64,000 nucleotides of DNA from Candidatus Borrarchaeum weybense (GTDB lineage: Archaea; Asgardarchaeota; Sifarchaeia; Borrarchaeales; Borrarchaeaceae), in assembly GCA_019057385.1 (NCBI GenBank), contig JAHQJS010000005.1, positions 192,799 to 256,798 of the forward strand. Direction: 5' to 3'. The stretch's first letter is position 1, and each line of letters starts with the position of its first letter. The translations under genes and the position numbers were made by a program. The notes below the pieces were generated by a model. That model had not been told where the DNA came from. It searched no databases and saw only the letters and a program-made list of their open reading frames with translations. Positions 21,369-31,580 of the stretch are shown piece after piece.

Positions 21369-21790
21369 GTAGCGTTAAAATTACAAGCGATGAAATAAAA
21401 TATATCGCACTATTTGAAAACATTACAGGTGCCATCACGAAAGATGTAGTTATTGATGATGATCGGTTGATTTTTGTGGTGAAAGAGGGGGACATAGGGC
21501 GAGCGATTGGCAAAAGAGGAATAAATATAAAAAGAGCTAAGGACATGCTACACAGAAATATTGACATAGTTGAGCATGCTGAATCCGAAGTCGAATTCAT
21601 CAAAAATACCTTAGCGCCAGCCAGAATCAAAAGTGTGAGCATCTCAGAAAAAAAGGATCGAAAGGTAGCAATAGTAAACGTAGAACCAAAGGATCGAGGC
21701 ATCGCGATAGGTAAAAATGGAAAGAATGTTGCACGCGCACGGCTACTTGCAAAAAGATACCACAATATCGCAGACGTAATTATCTCTTAA
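21365..21790 (+). CDS. nusA: archaeal NusA (KH domains)
   Basis: Two GxxG KH motifs: AIGKRG and AIGKNG. Confidence 0.95.
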   Translation: MSSVKITSDEIKYIALFENITGAITKDVVIDDDRLIFVVKEGDIGRAIGKRGINIKRAKDMLHRNIDIVEHAESEVEFIKNTLAPARIKSVSISEKKDRKVAIVNVEPKDRGIAIGKNGKNVARARLLAKRYHNIADVIIS

Positions 21791-21823
21791 GATGGCGTAG
21801 ATAACAAAGGAGTGATTATAAAA

Positions 21824-22267
21824 ATGCCAGGAAGCAAGTCACCAAAAGGAGAATTTGCCGCAGGTTTATTAACACGCAAGAGAAAGAAATTCAGATGGAA
21901 AGATCGTTATTATAAACGTAGACAATTAAAACTTGATATTAAGGCAGATCCGCTAGAAGGTGCGCCACAAGCACGTGGCATAGTTTTGGAAAAAGTTGGG
22001 ATCGAGTCCAAACAACCAAATAGTGCCATTCGTAAATGCGTACGTGTCCAATTGATAAAGAATGGAAAACAAATAACCGCTTTCTTACCTGGTGACGGTG
22101 CGCTACTTTACGTTGATGAACATGATGAAGTAATCGTAGCGGGCATCGGTGGGTCAAAAGGTAGAAGTATGGGTGACCTTCCAGGTGTTAGATGGAAAGT
22201 CACTCAAGTCAATGGCGTTTCATTGGATTCGCTGATACTGAAGAAAAAGGAGAAGCCTATCAGGTAA
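21824..22267 (+). CDS. rps12: 30S ribosomal protein S12 (uS12)
   Basis: [22 protein letters not shown]. Confidence 0.97.
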   Translation: MPGSKSPKGEFAAGLLTRKRKKFRWKDRYYKRRQLKLDIKADPLEGAPQARGIVLEKVGIESKQPNSAIRKCVRVQLIKNGKQITAFLPGDGALLYVDEHDEVIVAGIGGSKGRSMGDLPGVRWKVTQVNGVSLDSLILKKKEKPIR

Positions 22268-22305
22268 TTTATTTCATATTCTAATTTCAAGGAGCCAGAA
22301 TAACA

Positions 22306-22917
22306 TTGTCAGAAAAAAAAGAAAAAAAAGAAAAAAAAGGAAAAAAAGTAACTTCTGAGATCCTTCTATTCGGTAAATGGTCTACAGATGGAATTGAAGC
22401 TGAGGATCCAGGATTGAAACGATACATTTCCTTAAAACCTGTAATCGCACCACATTCTGCAGGCCGCCATGAACACCATCGATTTAGAAAATCACAGGTT
22501 TCTATTGTAGAACGATTCATAAACAAATTGATGCGAGGCGGACGTAATACTGGCAAAAAAATGAGGATAACTAAGGCTGTTATGGTAGCTTTTGAAATCA
22601 TTCATTTAAGAACTTCAGCTAATCCCGTTGAAATTCTAGTGCGCGCAGTCGTGAACTCAGCCCTTCAAGAAGAAACAACTAGAATCTCTTATGGTGGTAT
22701 TGTATACCATCAGGCGGTCGATGTTGCGCCTCAAAGACGTGTAGATCTTTCTTTACAGTATCTGGCGCAGGGAATTCAAAAGGCAAGTTTCTCAACCGTG
22801 AAATCATTTGAAGAAGTTATTGCAGAAGAATTAATAGCAGCAGCTAATAATGATACAAGAAGTTTTGCAATTAAAAGACGCCAAGAAAAGGAGCGTATTG
22901 CATTGTCTGCTCGCTGA
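22306..22917 (+). CDS. rps7: 30S ribosomal protein S7 (uS7)
   Basis: PHSAGRH, IVERFINKLM, AVDVAPQRRVD. Confidence 0.97.
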   Translation: MSEKKEKKEKKGKKVTSEILLFGKWSTDGIEAEDPGLKRYISLKPVIAPHSAGRHEHHRFRKSQVSIVERFINKLMRGGRNTGKKMRITKAVMVAFEIIHLRTSANPVEILVRAVVNSALQEETTRISYGGIVYHQAVDVAPQRRVDLSLQYLAQGIQKASFSTVKSFEEVIAEELIAAANNDTRSFAIKRRQEKERIALSAR

Positions 22918-23136
22918 GTTAAAAGTTCAATGAATGCAGACATTCAAAATTTTTTGGCAAGAAATAAAGATAAATTATTTCACCAGCTTGTTATCTCACA
23001 AGCTTTTTAAAACGAAGGTTTGAAATCAAAAACAATATAATAATATTTTATAAAAACAACATACTCTATATATTAAAAATTATACCTTCCAGAAGGTATA
23101 GCATAGAAAAGTTAGGAAAATCCGGAGGAAAGGTTT

Positions 23137-24444
23137 ATGTCAAAATCTGGAAAGCCGCATATGAATTTGGTGATTATTGGACATGTTGATCATGGCAAAT
23201 CTACGCTTGTAGGACATCTCTTAGTTTTAATGGGAGCCATTGACGAACGAACTATTGCAAAGTACGAAGCGGACGCCGATAAAATCGGTAAAGGAAGCTT
23301 CAAATACGCATGGGTATTAGACAAACTTAAAGAAGAAAGAGAGCGCGGACTGACTATTGATATCGCATTCTGGCAATTTGAGACGCCCAAATACTACTAT
23401 ACGATCATAGATGCCCCGGGTCATAGGGACTTCGTTAAGAACATGATTACTGGTACTAGTCAAGCTGATGCCGCAATTTTAGCCGTTTCATCCCGCAAAG
23501 GTGAGTTTGAATCTGGGATCGGCAAAGGCGGCCAAACTGTCGAACACTTAGTACTAGCCGCTACGCTTGGTGTTGATCAATTCATTGTTGCCGTTAATAA
23601 AATGGATGCAGCAGATCCTCAGTGGGATGAAGATAGATTCAACGAAATAAAAAGTAATGTTGAGAACGTCTTCAAACTTATTGAAAAAGAACTAGACATG
23701 AAAATTACGCGCTTCTACATTCCAGTATCAGCTTGGACTGGCGATAACATAACAAAGGCAAGCGAAAATATGGGATGGTTCAAAGAACCAACGATTCTTC
23801 AAGCTTTAGATCAGATGAAAATTCCACCTCAGCCAACTGATAAGCCCCTAAGGATTCCAATTCAGGATGTCTATACAATTACTGGAGTAGGAACTGTTCC
23901 CGTCGGTCGTGTTGAAACAGGGATACTCAAAGCAGGCGACAAAATCCATGTTGAGCCAGTCTCAAAGGTGGGTGAAGTAAAATCAATTGAAATGCATCAT
24001 GAACAGATGGAAAAAGCGATGCCCGGCGACAATATCGGATTTAATCTCAAAGGAATTGCGAAAGCAGAAATTCGTCGTGGTGATGTAGCAGGAGATCCAA
24101 AGAACCCACCAAGCGTTGCAAAGGAATTTACTGCACAAATATTTATCTTACATCACCCAACAGCGATTGCTGCAGGATATACACCCGTTATCCATGCACA
24201 CACAGCTCAAGTTGCATCAACGTTCTTAGAACTTCAGGCAAAAATTGACCGCAGATCTGGAGAAATAGTAGAGGAAAATCCACCGTATCTAAAAACAGGT
24301 GAAGGCGCAATCGTAAAACTCGTCCCAACGCGTCCATTATGCATAGAAGAGTACGCTAGTATTCCACAGCTTGGCAGGTTTGCTATAAGAGACATGGCTA
24401 AGACAGTAGGTGTAGGAATCGTAAAAAGTGTAACAAAACGTTAA
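23137..24444 (+). CDS. tuf: elongation factor 1-alpha
   Basis: GHVDHGKST, ERERGLTID, DAPGHRDFVKNMITG, NKMD. Confidence 0.98.
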   Translation: MSKSGKPHMNLVIIGHVDHGKSTLVGHLLVLMGAIDERTIAKYEADADKIGKGSFKYAWVLDKLKEERERGLTIDIAFWQFETPKYYYTIIDAPGHRDFVKNMITGTSQADAAILAVSSRKGEFESGIGKGGQTVEHLVLAATLGVDQFIVAVNKMDAADPQWDEDRFNEIKSNVENVFKLIEKELDMKITRFYIPVSAWTGDNITKASENMGWFKEPTILQALDQMKIPPQPTDKPLRIPIQDVYTITGVGTVPVGRVETGILKAGDKIHVEPVSKVGEVKSIEMHHEQMEKAMPGDNIGFNLKGIAKAEIRRGDVAGDPKNPPSVAKEFTAQIFILHHPTAIAAGYTPVIHAHTAQVASTFLELQAKIDRRSGEIVEENPPYLKTGEGAIVKLVPTRPLCIEEYASIPQLGRFAIRDMAKTVGVGIVKSVTKR

Positions 24445-24520
24445 TAGCTTTTTTCTAAGGAAGCCTGAGAAGGCTTTCTATATAATTTTTATTAGGTTAG
24501 TAAAAAAGAGGCATAAAAAT

Positions 24521-24829
24521 ATGGTACAGCGAGCACGCATCAGATTGCTAAGTAAGGATACCAAAGAACTTCATCAAATTTGTGATCAACTCAAAGAAAT
24601 CGCTCAGAAGACTGGGGCGCGAATTAATGGTCCGATTCCACTGCCAACGAAGAAAATAAGGATCCCTGTAAGGAAAACTCCTTGTGGCGAAGGAACACCC
24701 ACATGGGAGCAATGGCAGATGAGAGTTCACAAACGAATTGTTATCCTCGATGCAAACGAACGCACTATGTCGCAAATTATGAGGATTAGGGTGCCCGATT
24801 CAATCTACATTGAAATAGAACTTGTATGA
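24521..24829 (+). CDS. rps10: 30S ribosomal protein S10 (uS10)
   Basis: GPIPLPTK, RKTPCGEG, MRVHKR. Confidence 0.97.
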   Translation: MVQRARIRLLSKDTKELHQICDQLKEIAQKTGARINGPIPLPTKKIRIPVRKTPCGEGTPTWEQWQMRVHKRIVILDANERTMSQIMRIRVPDSIYIEIELV

Positions 24830-24866
24830 CCTACCTCACGCTAAAGCTGTGGTGCTTTCTTGCTTA
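24826..24866 (-). mobile_element. IS200/IS605-type right-end remnant (copy A)
   Basis: Reverse complement taagcaagaaagcaccacagctttagcgtgaggtaggtcat is about 36/41 identical to 37745-37785. Confidence 0.7.
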
Positions 24867-25002
24867 ATTAAACTGTAATCTTATTCTCACGTTTTGCTTT
24901 ATGTTCATTTTATAACTATTAGCTATTTCTTTACTTTCAAAAATCTCAAATCTGCTACTTTGTTTTTCATAAATATTAAATGCAGATAAAATCAGAAAGA
25001 AA

Positions 25003-25169
25003 TGGTGGGTCCGGCGGGAGTTTCAGATCAGAGCATAGCTCTAAATCCTTTGAACCCGCGATCTCCGCAACTCTCCCTTCTTGAGGGAGAACTTATCCGG
25101 CTCCGCAGGCATACGCCTTAGACTAGTTTTATCTAAGTCGGCGCCCGATCCAGGCTAGACTACGGACCC
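25003..25169 (-). tRNA. tRNA-Arg(GCG) with 3 introns (29/30 25111-25138; variable loop about 25063-25094; 59/60 25020-25048)
   Basis: Acceptor GGGTCCG/CGGACCC+ACCA, anticodon loop CTGCGGA, A20 present. BHB helices GCGC/GCGT and TTCA/TGAA. Confidence 0.92.
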
Positions 25170-25225
25170 TTGGAATGTGTGATATAGTTAAATTGGGTTG
25201 TTAACAGTTATTGATTTTGTATACA

Positions 25226-25600
25226 AATATCGACACCTATAGACAGTTCTTTCGCGAGCAAGGGTTTTTGTGTGGTATGTGTGAGGCGTGGTGTTTATAA
25301 AGTAACTCCTCTGCTATATAAATGAGAATCGATGGTACACTATGGTACCTGGCGGTTTAATAATTCGCCCCAGGACCCACTCACGACCTTCAGCCCAGCA
25401 CTTCTATACGCTGTCGATTCTGCGGGAAGGCTGACAGCCTGCTATCGTTTCGTTCACACAAAGCCTGCACCCTATATGGCGGCAGGTATCCCGCTCAACC
25501 GTCCTAGCGGGGACTCCACTCCGGTTATCGTGGGTGGATAGACACTATTCCCTGTAATAGATGTCTATTATGAAAGGAACGGTGGGCATATAAGTGTTTC
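25226..25600 (-). mobile_element. probable IS110-family remnant: promoter, structured left-end ncRNA and decayed transposase start
   Basis: GC-rich multi-stem segment, BRE/TATA at 25587-25600, SD-like GAGGAG, then frameshifted ...ERTV/IGVDI resembling the first DEDD motif. Confidence 0.55.
25345..25570 (-). ncRNA. structured ncRNA (candidate IS110 bridge/seek-type RNA)
   Basis: Stems: atagacatctatt/aatagtgtctat, ccacccacgat/gtcgtgagtgg, cccgct/agcggg, cctgc/gcagg, gctgtc/gacagc, ggcg/cgcc. No ORF. Confidence 0.6.
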
Positions 25601-25610
25601 AGTAAGGATT

Positions 25611-26255
25611 TCATTGAAGCAGTGCCTTACACTTATTAACACCTTGCGTAGCATCGACAGCATAGCCGTCTACCTCAACTTCTTTAGCAAAATCTTCTGT
25701 TATAGCAGCTCCTCCGATTATCACTTTTACCTGATCTCTGAGTCCTTCCTTTTTTAATTCTGCGATTACATTTTTAATTTGATCCACTGTGGACGTCAAC
25801 AGAGATGACATTGCTAAAATATCAGCGTTTGTTTCCTTCAAGGTTTCAATAAATTTAGACGCAGGAACATCTACACCAAGATCAACAACTTCAAATCCTG
25901 CTACCTTTAAAAGAGAGATCATGATGCTTTTGCCTATATCGTGAATATCGTCTTTGACTGTGCCAAACACGATCTTACCGTGTGCCGTTGGAGTTTCACC
26001 TTCCGCAAGATATGGTTTAATGACGTCTATATTCTGGCTCATAATCTCTCCAGCTATCAACAACTCCGTAACAAAATAATATCGCTCTTCATATAATCGT
26101 CCTACCTCCGCCATACCTTCTGTCATACAGTTAATAATTTCCAGTGGATCCATTGATTTAAGTGCTTCCTCAACGATTTTTTTGGCAGGCTCGGGATCTA
26201 CATCAATGATCGCCTGTTTTATCTTTTCACATAATTCGGGATTTTTCTTTTCCAT
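25611..26255 (-). CDS. corrinoid (cobalamin-binding) methyltransferase protein, MtaC/MtbC-like
   Basis: GTVKDDIHDIGK B12-binding motif, DLGVDVP, IIGGA. Confidence 0.93.
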   Translation of the reverse strand: MEKKNPELCEKIKQAIIDVDPEPAKKIVEEALKSMDPLEIINCMTEGMAEVGRLYEERYYFVTELLIAGEIMSQNIDVIKPYLAEGETPTAHGKIVFGTVKDDIHDIGKSIMISLLKVAGFEVVDLGVDVPASKFIETLKETNADILAMSSLLTSTVDQIKNVIAELKKEGLRDQVKVIIGGAAITEDFAKEVEVDGYAVDATQGVNKCKALLQ

Positions 26256-26267
26256 GTAATTGTCCTC

Positions 26268-27314
26268 CTAAGTGTCCTCTTTTAAATCCTCTTGAGCCAC
26301 TTCTGTTATAGCTTTTAAATTCTCATTCGGCACTCTCGTTGGAATTGCACATTCGGGGGCAAGAATCTCGAAGCCTGCTTTAACAGCGTTCCGAGCCTCT
26401 CTTTTCACATCTCCAGGGGTTTTAAACAAAAGGGTAGATGGATTATTGATGTTCCCCATCAATGAGATGCGGTTACCAACGATTTCTTTCGCCTTGAAAG
26501 GGTCTACTTTGCTATCAATATGGAAACAATCAAAACCAGCTTGCGCTATATGATGAAGTCGATCAGTCGTATCACCACAAATATGTAAAACTATTGGGGC
26601 TCCGATGCGTTTTGTGACTTCTTGATGGACATGCAGTAAGAACTTACGATATGTTTCTCCAGAGACGAGATCTCCAGTCGCATGATCGGCTAGCATTATA
26701 ACATCTGCCCCTGCATCTACCTGTGCCTTTGCAAATTCTACGGTCAACTCTTTTAGAACCTCCATAAAGCCATGTAAGCGGTCGGGATTTAGACGCACTG
26801 ACATGAGAATATTTTTTACGCTCGCAACATGATATCCGAGGGTCCAAGGACCCATCACCTTGCCGACAATAGCAACTCTGTCGCCATATTCATGATGTAG
26901 GATATCAATTGCATCGAGCAAAGCCCTTGGTGCCTCTCTTTCGAGAAAATTATCGGGGATGGTCACTTGGTCAGGTTCTTCCCAGAATTTGATGTTTTTG
27001 CCATCTGGCATGCGATCTGCGTCCCCCCAGTCCATCACCCCAGGCAGTGGATCGCCATTTTCTATGAAAGCAGCGCCTTCGACCCAAACACTGAAATATG
27101 GTAAAATACAATCGTAACCAAGCTCCGTAAAAGCAGTAGCAGCTAGTTTTGCCATTTTTTCTGCATCGTAGTGTGCCTCAGGGAAGTATATGCCTGTTGC
27201 CTGCATGCATTCTATGGTCACGACGCTTGTGACACTTCCAACGGGCAGTCTGTCTACGCGTCCGCCAAATAAGCCGGACAGAAACCTACGCTTAGGTGTC
27301 ATCCATTCGCTCAT
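26268..27314 (-). CDS. MtaA/CmuA-family methylcobamide methyltransferase (URO-D fold)
   Basis: GPWT, LHICG Zn motif, GNINN, APEC. Adjacent to the corrinoid protein. Confidence 0.88.
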   Translation of the reverse strand: MSEWMTPKRRFLSGLFGGRVDRLPVGSVTSVVTIECMQATGIYFPEAHYDAEKMAKLAATAFTELGYDCILPYFSVWVEGAAFIENGDPLPGVMDWGDADRMPDGKNIKFWEEPDQVTIPDNFLEREAPRALLDAIDILHHEYGDRVAIVGKVMGPWTLGYHVASVKNILMSVRLNPDRLHGFMEVLKELTVEFAKAQVDAGADVIMLADHATGDLVSGETYRKFLLHVHQEVTKRIGAPIVLHICGDTTDRLHHIAQAGFDCFHIDSKVDPFKAKEIVGNRISLMGNINNPSTLLFKTPGDVKREARNAVKAGFEILAPECAIPTRVPNENLKAITEVAQEDLKEDT

Positions 27315-27565
27315 TTTAGGTCCCTCTTAGAAGGTTAAAGGAAATAATCAGATTAAGAAATAGAAATCATTATTTGAATGAATAAAGAAGTAATACCTCT
27401 ATGCTTTTTTAAAAATTATACTGAAGATACATTTCAGAATGATTTTCAGTTTAGATCATGTAGTTCATGTAGAATTTTCTCTGGATCGTTTTAGGGAGTA
27501 CAGCGAATATATCAAGGCGCTTTTGCCATATTAGCCTCAAAATCTAGTGGAGATGAAAATATCTT

Positions 27566-28534
27566 TTAGAACGTATTTACGGCATTTTGAGGACGTTTAT
27601 TTTTAATTACCTGAACCGCTTCTTTTGCAATACCCATAGATACATTGTAGATTGCCTGATCGGTTAAGAATGCAATATGCGGCGTTGTAACTACATTTTT
27701 CATCTGAAGTAAGGGGTTTTCAGGCTCAACAGGTTCATTCGTAAACACATCCATTGCTGCACCAGCGATCTTTTTATCTTGCAATGCTCTAATTAGCGCT
27801 TTTTCATCTATTACTGCTCCTCTTGCTGCGTTAATCAAATACGCGGTTTCCTTCATCATTTCAAACTCTTTTGCACCAACATAATGCTTTGTTGCAGGGA
27901 TTAATGGAACATGAATTGTTACAAAGTCGCTTTTTCTGAGAAGTGTTTCTTTATCCACATATTCGACTCCTAAATCTTTTTCTAGGTTCTCAAATCGTAC
28001 GATATCTGTGTACAATATCTTCATGCCAAAGCCTTTAGCTATTTCTGCTACAATTCTGCCAATATTCCCAAGCCCAATCACGCCTAGAACTTTGCGAAAA
28101 AGTTCTAACCCTATAAAATTCAGAGGTCTCCAGTTGCCATTTCTCGTGTCGAAATCTGCTTGTGAGATCTTTTTCGTCACGGCTAATAAAAGGGCTATAG
28201 TTAATTCCGCAACTGATCGTGCATTTGCTCCTGGCTGATTTATCACAAAGATCTTTCGTTCAGTAGCAGCCACAACATCTATGTGATTAACACCGACACC
28301 ATGAACTAAAATGCCTCGTAAATTAGGTGTCATATCCATGACCTTTGCTGTTATGGACACGGCGTCACTAACTATAGCTTTTATGGAATCTTTGTCGATG
28401 ACCTCCTGTAATACTTTTATCAGTTCTTCCTCGTTGCGTGCATTTCCTTGAAGAACGCCAGTAACAGATTTCATTAGTGCAATGGATTCATTACTTATAG
28501 CACATGAATCAGCGATTAAGATTTCATTTTTCAT
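27566..28534 (-). CDS. D-isomer-specific 2-hydroxyacid dehydrogenase
   Basis: GLGNIG, HVPL, INAARG, DVFTNEP, TPHIA. Confidence 0.93.
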   Translation of the reverse strand: MKNEILIADSCAISNESIALMKSVTGVLQGNARNEEELIKVLQEVIDKDSIKAIVSDAVSITAKVMDMTPNLRGILVHGVGVNHIDVVAATERKIFVINQPGANARSVAELTIALLLAVTKKISQADFDTRNGNWRPLNFIGLELFRKVLGVIGLGNIGRIVAEIAKGFGMKILYTDIVRFENLEKDLGVEYVDKETLLRKSDFVTIHVPLIPATKHYVGAKEFEMMKETAYLINAARGAVIDEKALIRALQDKKIAGAAMDVFTNEPVEPENPLLQMKNVVTTPHIAFLTDQAIYNVSMGIAKEAVQVIKNKRPQNAVNTF

Positions 28535-28751
28535 TTAATGCACCATTCTCGTCTTATGAGGGCATATAATTACCAAAAAAAATACAGCTGCTCAAAAAGC
28601 AGCTAAGATCAGCAAGAAATGTTCAATCATCTAGTTGATGAGACTATCAGAACCGTCACATTCTCGTCATCTAATATAAGTTTTAGTGGTAATCCTTTAT
28701 AAAAAGCACGGATATAGTAGTTAAAGAAAAAAAACAGGTGGTGTATAGATT

Positions 28752-28937
28752 TTGCCTTTAGCACAAATTTCCTTATGGGCAGGTCGGTCCTTAGATGAGA
28801 AACGTAAAGTAGTAGAGGAAGTTACTGAAGCGATATCCAGAGCACTTGACTATCCAAAGGATAATATTCGAGTGATACTATACGAAATTCCAAAAGAAAA
28901 CTGGGGCATTGGCGGTAAACTTGCCACGGAGAGATAA
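28752..28937 (+). CDS. 4-oxalocrotonate tautomerase family protein
   Basis: Pro after Met, GRSLDEKR, NWGIGG. 61 aa. Confidence 0.92.
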   Translation: MPLAQISLWAGRSLDEKRKVVEEVTEAISRALDYPKDNIRVILYEIPKENWGIGGKLATER

Positions 28938-29180
28938 GTGAAAACTATTCAGTCAAACTGCTCTGCACCTTCTATTTTTTCTTTTCTGAGGAAATTTAAA
29001 AATACGGTTAAAAAATACTCAAATACTGCTTCTATTTCGATCTTTAAAAAAAGCACAGATATTTAATAAAGAAAAGAAGTTTTAAATATTTTAAACTTTA
29101 AAAAGAAAAACAAATTAACAAGATACAATCAATTTGAAACATATTATTAATTTTTGACATCTAAAGATGGAGGAAATCTA

Positions 29181-30476
29181 TTGACAGAGTTACCTGATGT
29201 TAAACAAAAGATTCTTGTTAAGATTAATGAAGAAAAAGAAAATATAATCGATTTATTAAGAAACATGGTACAGATCCCTAGTGTTGTTGGAGACGAGAAG
29301 GCAGTCCAAGAATTCATGGCAAAGAAATTTGAGGAAATGGGGCTCACGGTTGATAAATGGGTTCCGGATTACGATGAACTGAAGACGCATCCTGGATTCG
29401 CATCTCCAAATACTACATTTGAAAATCGCCCGAATGTGGTGGGAGTATTAAAGGGCACAGGAGGAGGTAGATCGCTCATATTAAATGGTCATATGGATGT
29501 TGTTAGTCCCTACGATGAAAGCCTTTGGGAACAAGCTCCGTGGTCGGCAGCCATTGTAGGCAATCGGATGTATGGGCGTGGCAGCTCGGATATGAAGGGT
29601 GGAGTCGCAGCGATGACAATGGCTGTGGATTGCATTAAAAAAGCAGGAGTTCAACTGAAAGGTGATGTAATCATAGAAAGCGTCATTGAGGAAGAAGCGG
29701 GAGGCGTAGGTACGCTGGCTTGCGTAGTAAGGGGATACAAAGCTGATGCTGCACTTATAACGGAGCCTACAGTAGTAGAAGAAGGTGGTGTGCCGATGGT
29801 ATGCCCTGCTCAAGGAGGCTCGATGTGGTTTAAAGTGCACGTGCAAGGAAAATCGGCTCACGCAGGATTACGTTATGAAGGGATATCTGCTGTTGAGAAA
29901 GCGTTTAAAATATGTAATGCACTTTGGGATCTAGAGAAGTTCCGAAACGCGAAACTCAAACATCCACTCTATCAGAGATACGAAATACCACTCCCACTAA
30001 ATATCGGGATTTTGAACTCAGGCGTATGGCCGTCCTCAGTCCCAGAAGAAGCAACAATCCAATGTCGTATCGGAGTGGCGCCTGGGGAGAGTATAGAATC
30101 TGTAAGAACACAAGTTAAAGATTATGTACAAAAATTTGCAGAACTTGACTCGTGGTTAGTTGACCATCCACCGAAAGTGGAATTTTTTGGTGGGACGTGG
30201 ATACCTACAGAACTACCTCTTGACCACCCATTTGTCAAAATAGTTATCAATTCTTATTCAAAAGTCTTTAATCAAGAACCTGAACTTGCAGGTACGCCTT
30301 GGGGTGCAGATGGCGGTCTTTTAGTTCACCACGGAGATACACCAGTAGTCATTTTTGGACCGGGCGACATGAGAGTCATACACTTCCCAAACGAGTTTAT
30401 TGAACTCGATAAACTTATTGCCGCCACGAAGGTGATCGCACTAGCCATTTTGGATTGGTGTGGGTATATAACTTAA
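29181..30476 (+). CDS. M20 family metallopeptidase (ArgE/DapE-like)
   Basis: LNGHMDVV, GRGSSDMKGG, EEE, HFPNE. TTG start 7 nt after GGAGG. Confidence 0.92.
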   Translation: MTELPDVKQKILVKINEEKENIIDLLRNMVQIPSVVGDEKAVQEFMAKKFEEMGLTVDKWVPDYDELKTHPGFASPNTTFENRPNVVGVLKGTGGGRSLILNGHMDVVSPYDESLWEQAPWSAAIVGNRMYGRGSSDMKGGVAAMTMAVDCIKKAGVQLKGDVIIESVIEEEAGGVGTLACVVRGYKADAALITEPTVVEEGGVPMVCPAQGGSMWFKVHVQGKSAHAGLRYEGISAVEKAFKICNALWDLEKFRNAKLKHPLYQRYEIPLPLNIGILNSGVWPSSVPEEATIQCRIGVAPGESIESVRTQVKDYVQKFAELDSWLVDHPPKVEFFGGTWIPTELPLDHPFVKIVINSYSKVFNQEPELAGTPWGADGGLLVHHGDTPVVIFGPGDMRVIHFPNEFIELDKLIAATKVIALAILDWCGYIT

Positions 30477-30496
30477 CTAAAATAAAGCGTAATAAA

Positions 30497-31495
30497 TCAA
30501 AGCGGGAGTTTTACCGGTTTTCTTGTTTCCTGTGATTCATAGGCTGCAAGCACCATCTCCAACGCCTTTTTTCCATCTTCACCAGTTACTTGTGGTTGCT
30601 TGTTTTTTTGTATACATTCAACGAAATGCTCAATTTCTCTGATCCAGCCGTTCTTCATTTGTTTGAAGTTTGTTTTAACAGATCTTGATCCATAGCGGAC
30701 ATCCATAGTGTTCTTAAATAGATCACATATAATGCGCCCTCTTTTACCAATAACTTCAATCCAATGCTCCTCATAGGGAAAGTAACCGAATGAAAGGTCA
30801 CCTATGACCCCATTTTCAAATTTAAGGAGAATATTAGCCCTGTCGTGAACTTGAATGTCTGGCTTAGCGCCATATATACCAGTATTTGCGAAAACTTCAT
30901 CAACGTCACCACTTAACCATTGTACCAAGTCAGTGACATGAGTTCCATAGTTAAGTAACACATCTCCACCAAGTTGCCTTTCTTTATAATAGTCTGATTG
31001 GGTTTTCCAACCACCAAATAGTGCACTTTTACCTAGCCAGTGGCTTTTAACCATTACTATTTCTCCAAGGCTCTTATCGTCGACATGTTCTTTTAATTTA
31101 ATTAAATTATCTTGAAAGCGGAGATGGTGCCCTATCATAAGGATCTTATTGTTTTTTTTCACGACTTGAATCATTTGGTTTGCATCATCTAATGTTATTG
31201 AGATGGGCTTTTCACAAAGGATATGGATATTCCGTTCAGCCGCTTTAGCAGCTATCTCTGCATGAAAAGAAGGTGGTGTACATATACTGACGGCATCAAT
31301 ATCGTCCCGCTCCAGCAAAAGGTTATAATCCGTGTATGGTTTCGCATTAAATTGTTGTGCTATCTGCTTTACTTTTTTTTCATCAATATCCGATACCGCA
31401 ATCAACTGAGTATCTGGAAGAGATCTGTAAGTTGGCAAGTGAGCCCTATTTGCGATTGCGCCACAGCCAATCACACCGACACCTATCTTTCCCAT
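30497..31495 (-). CDS. Gfo/Idh/MocA family oxidoreductase
   Basis: GCGAIA, CEKP motif. Confidence 0.92.
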   Translation of the reverse strand: MGKIGVGVIGCGAIANRAHLPTYRSLPDTQLIAVSDIDEKKVKQIAQQFNAKPYTDYNLLLERDDIDAVSICTPPSFHAEIAAKAAERNIHILCEKPISITLDDANQMIQVVKKNNKILMIGHHLRFQDNLIKLKEHVDDKSLGEIVMVKSHWLGKSALFGGWKTQSDYYKERQLGGDVLLNYGTHVTDLVQWLSGDVDEVFANTGIYGAKPDIQVHDRANILLKFENGVIGDLSFGYFPYEEHWIEVIGKRGRIICDLFKNTMDVRYGSRSVKTNFKQMKNGWIREIEHFVECIQKNKQPQVTGEDGKKALEMVLAAYESQETRKPVKLPL

Positions 31496-31580
31496 TTGAT
31501 CGCCACATAACTTCTATCGTTATCCCAATTCGTGATATATCTCAAAGCATATAAGTCATCCGAATCCCAGAATGTAGTGG

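Noticed and set aside
25345-25570. RNase P or SRP RNA (GAGTGGAGTCC resembles CR-I, and AGTCC could pair with GGGCT)
   Set aside because: No proper GAGGAA CR-I or ACAGAA..GCUUA CR-V, the P2 topology does not fit, and there is no SRP helix-8 motif. The IS110-like context explains it better.
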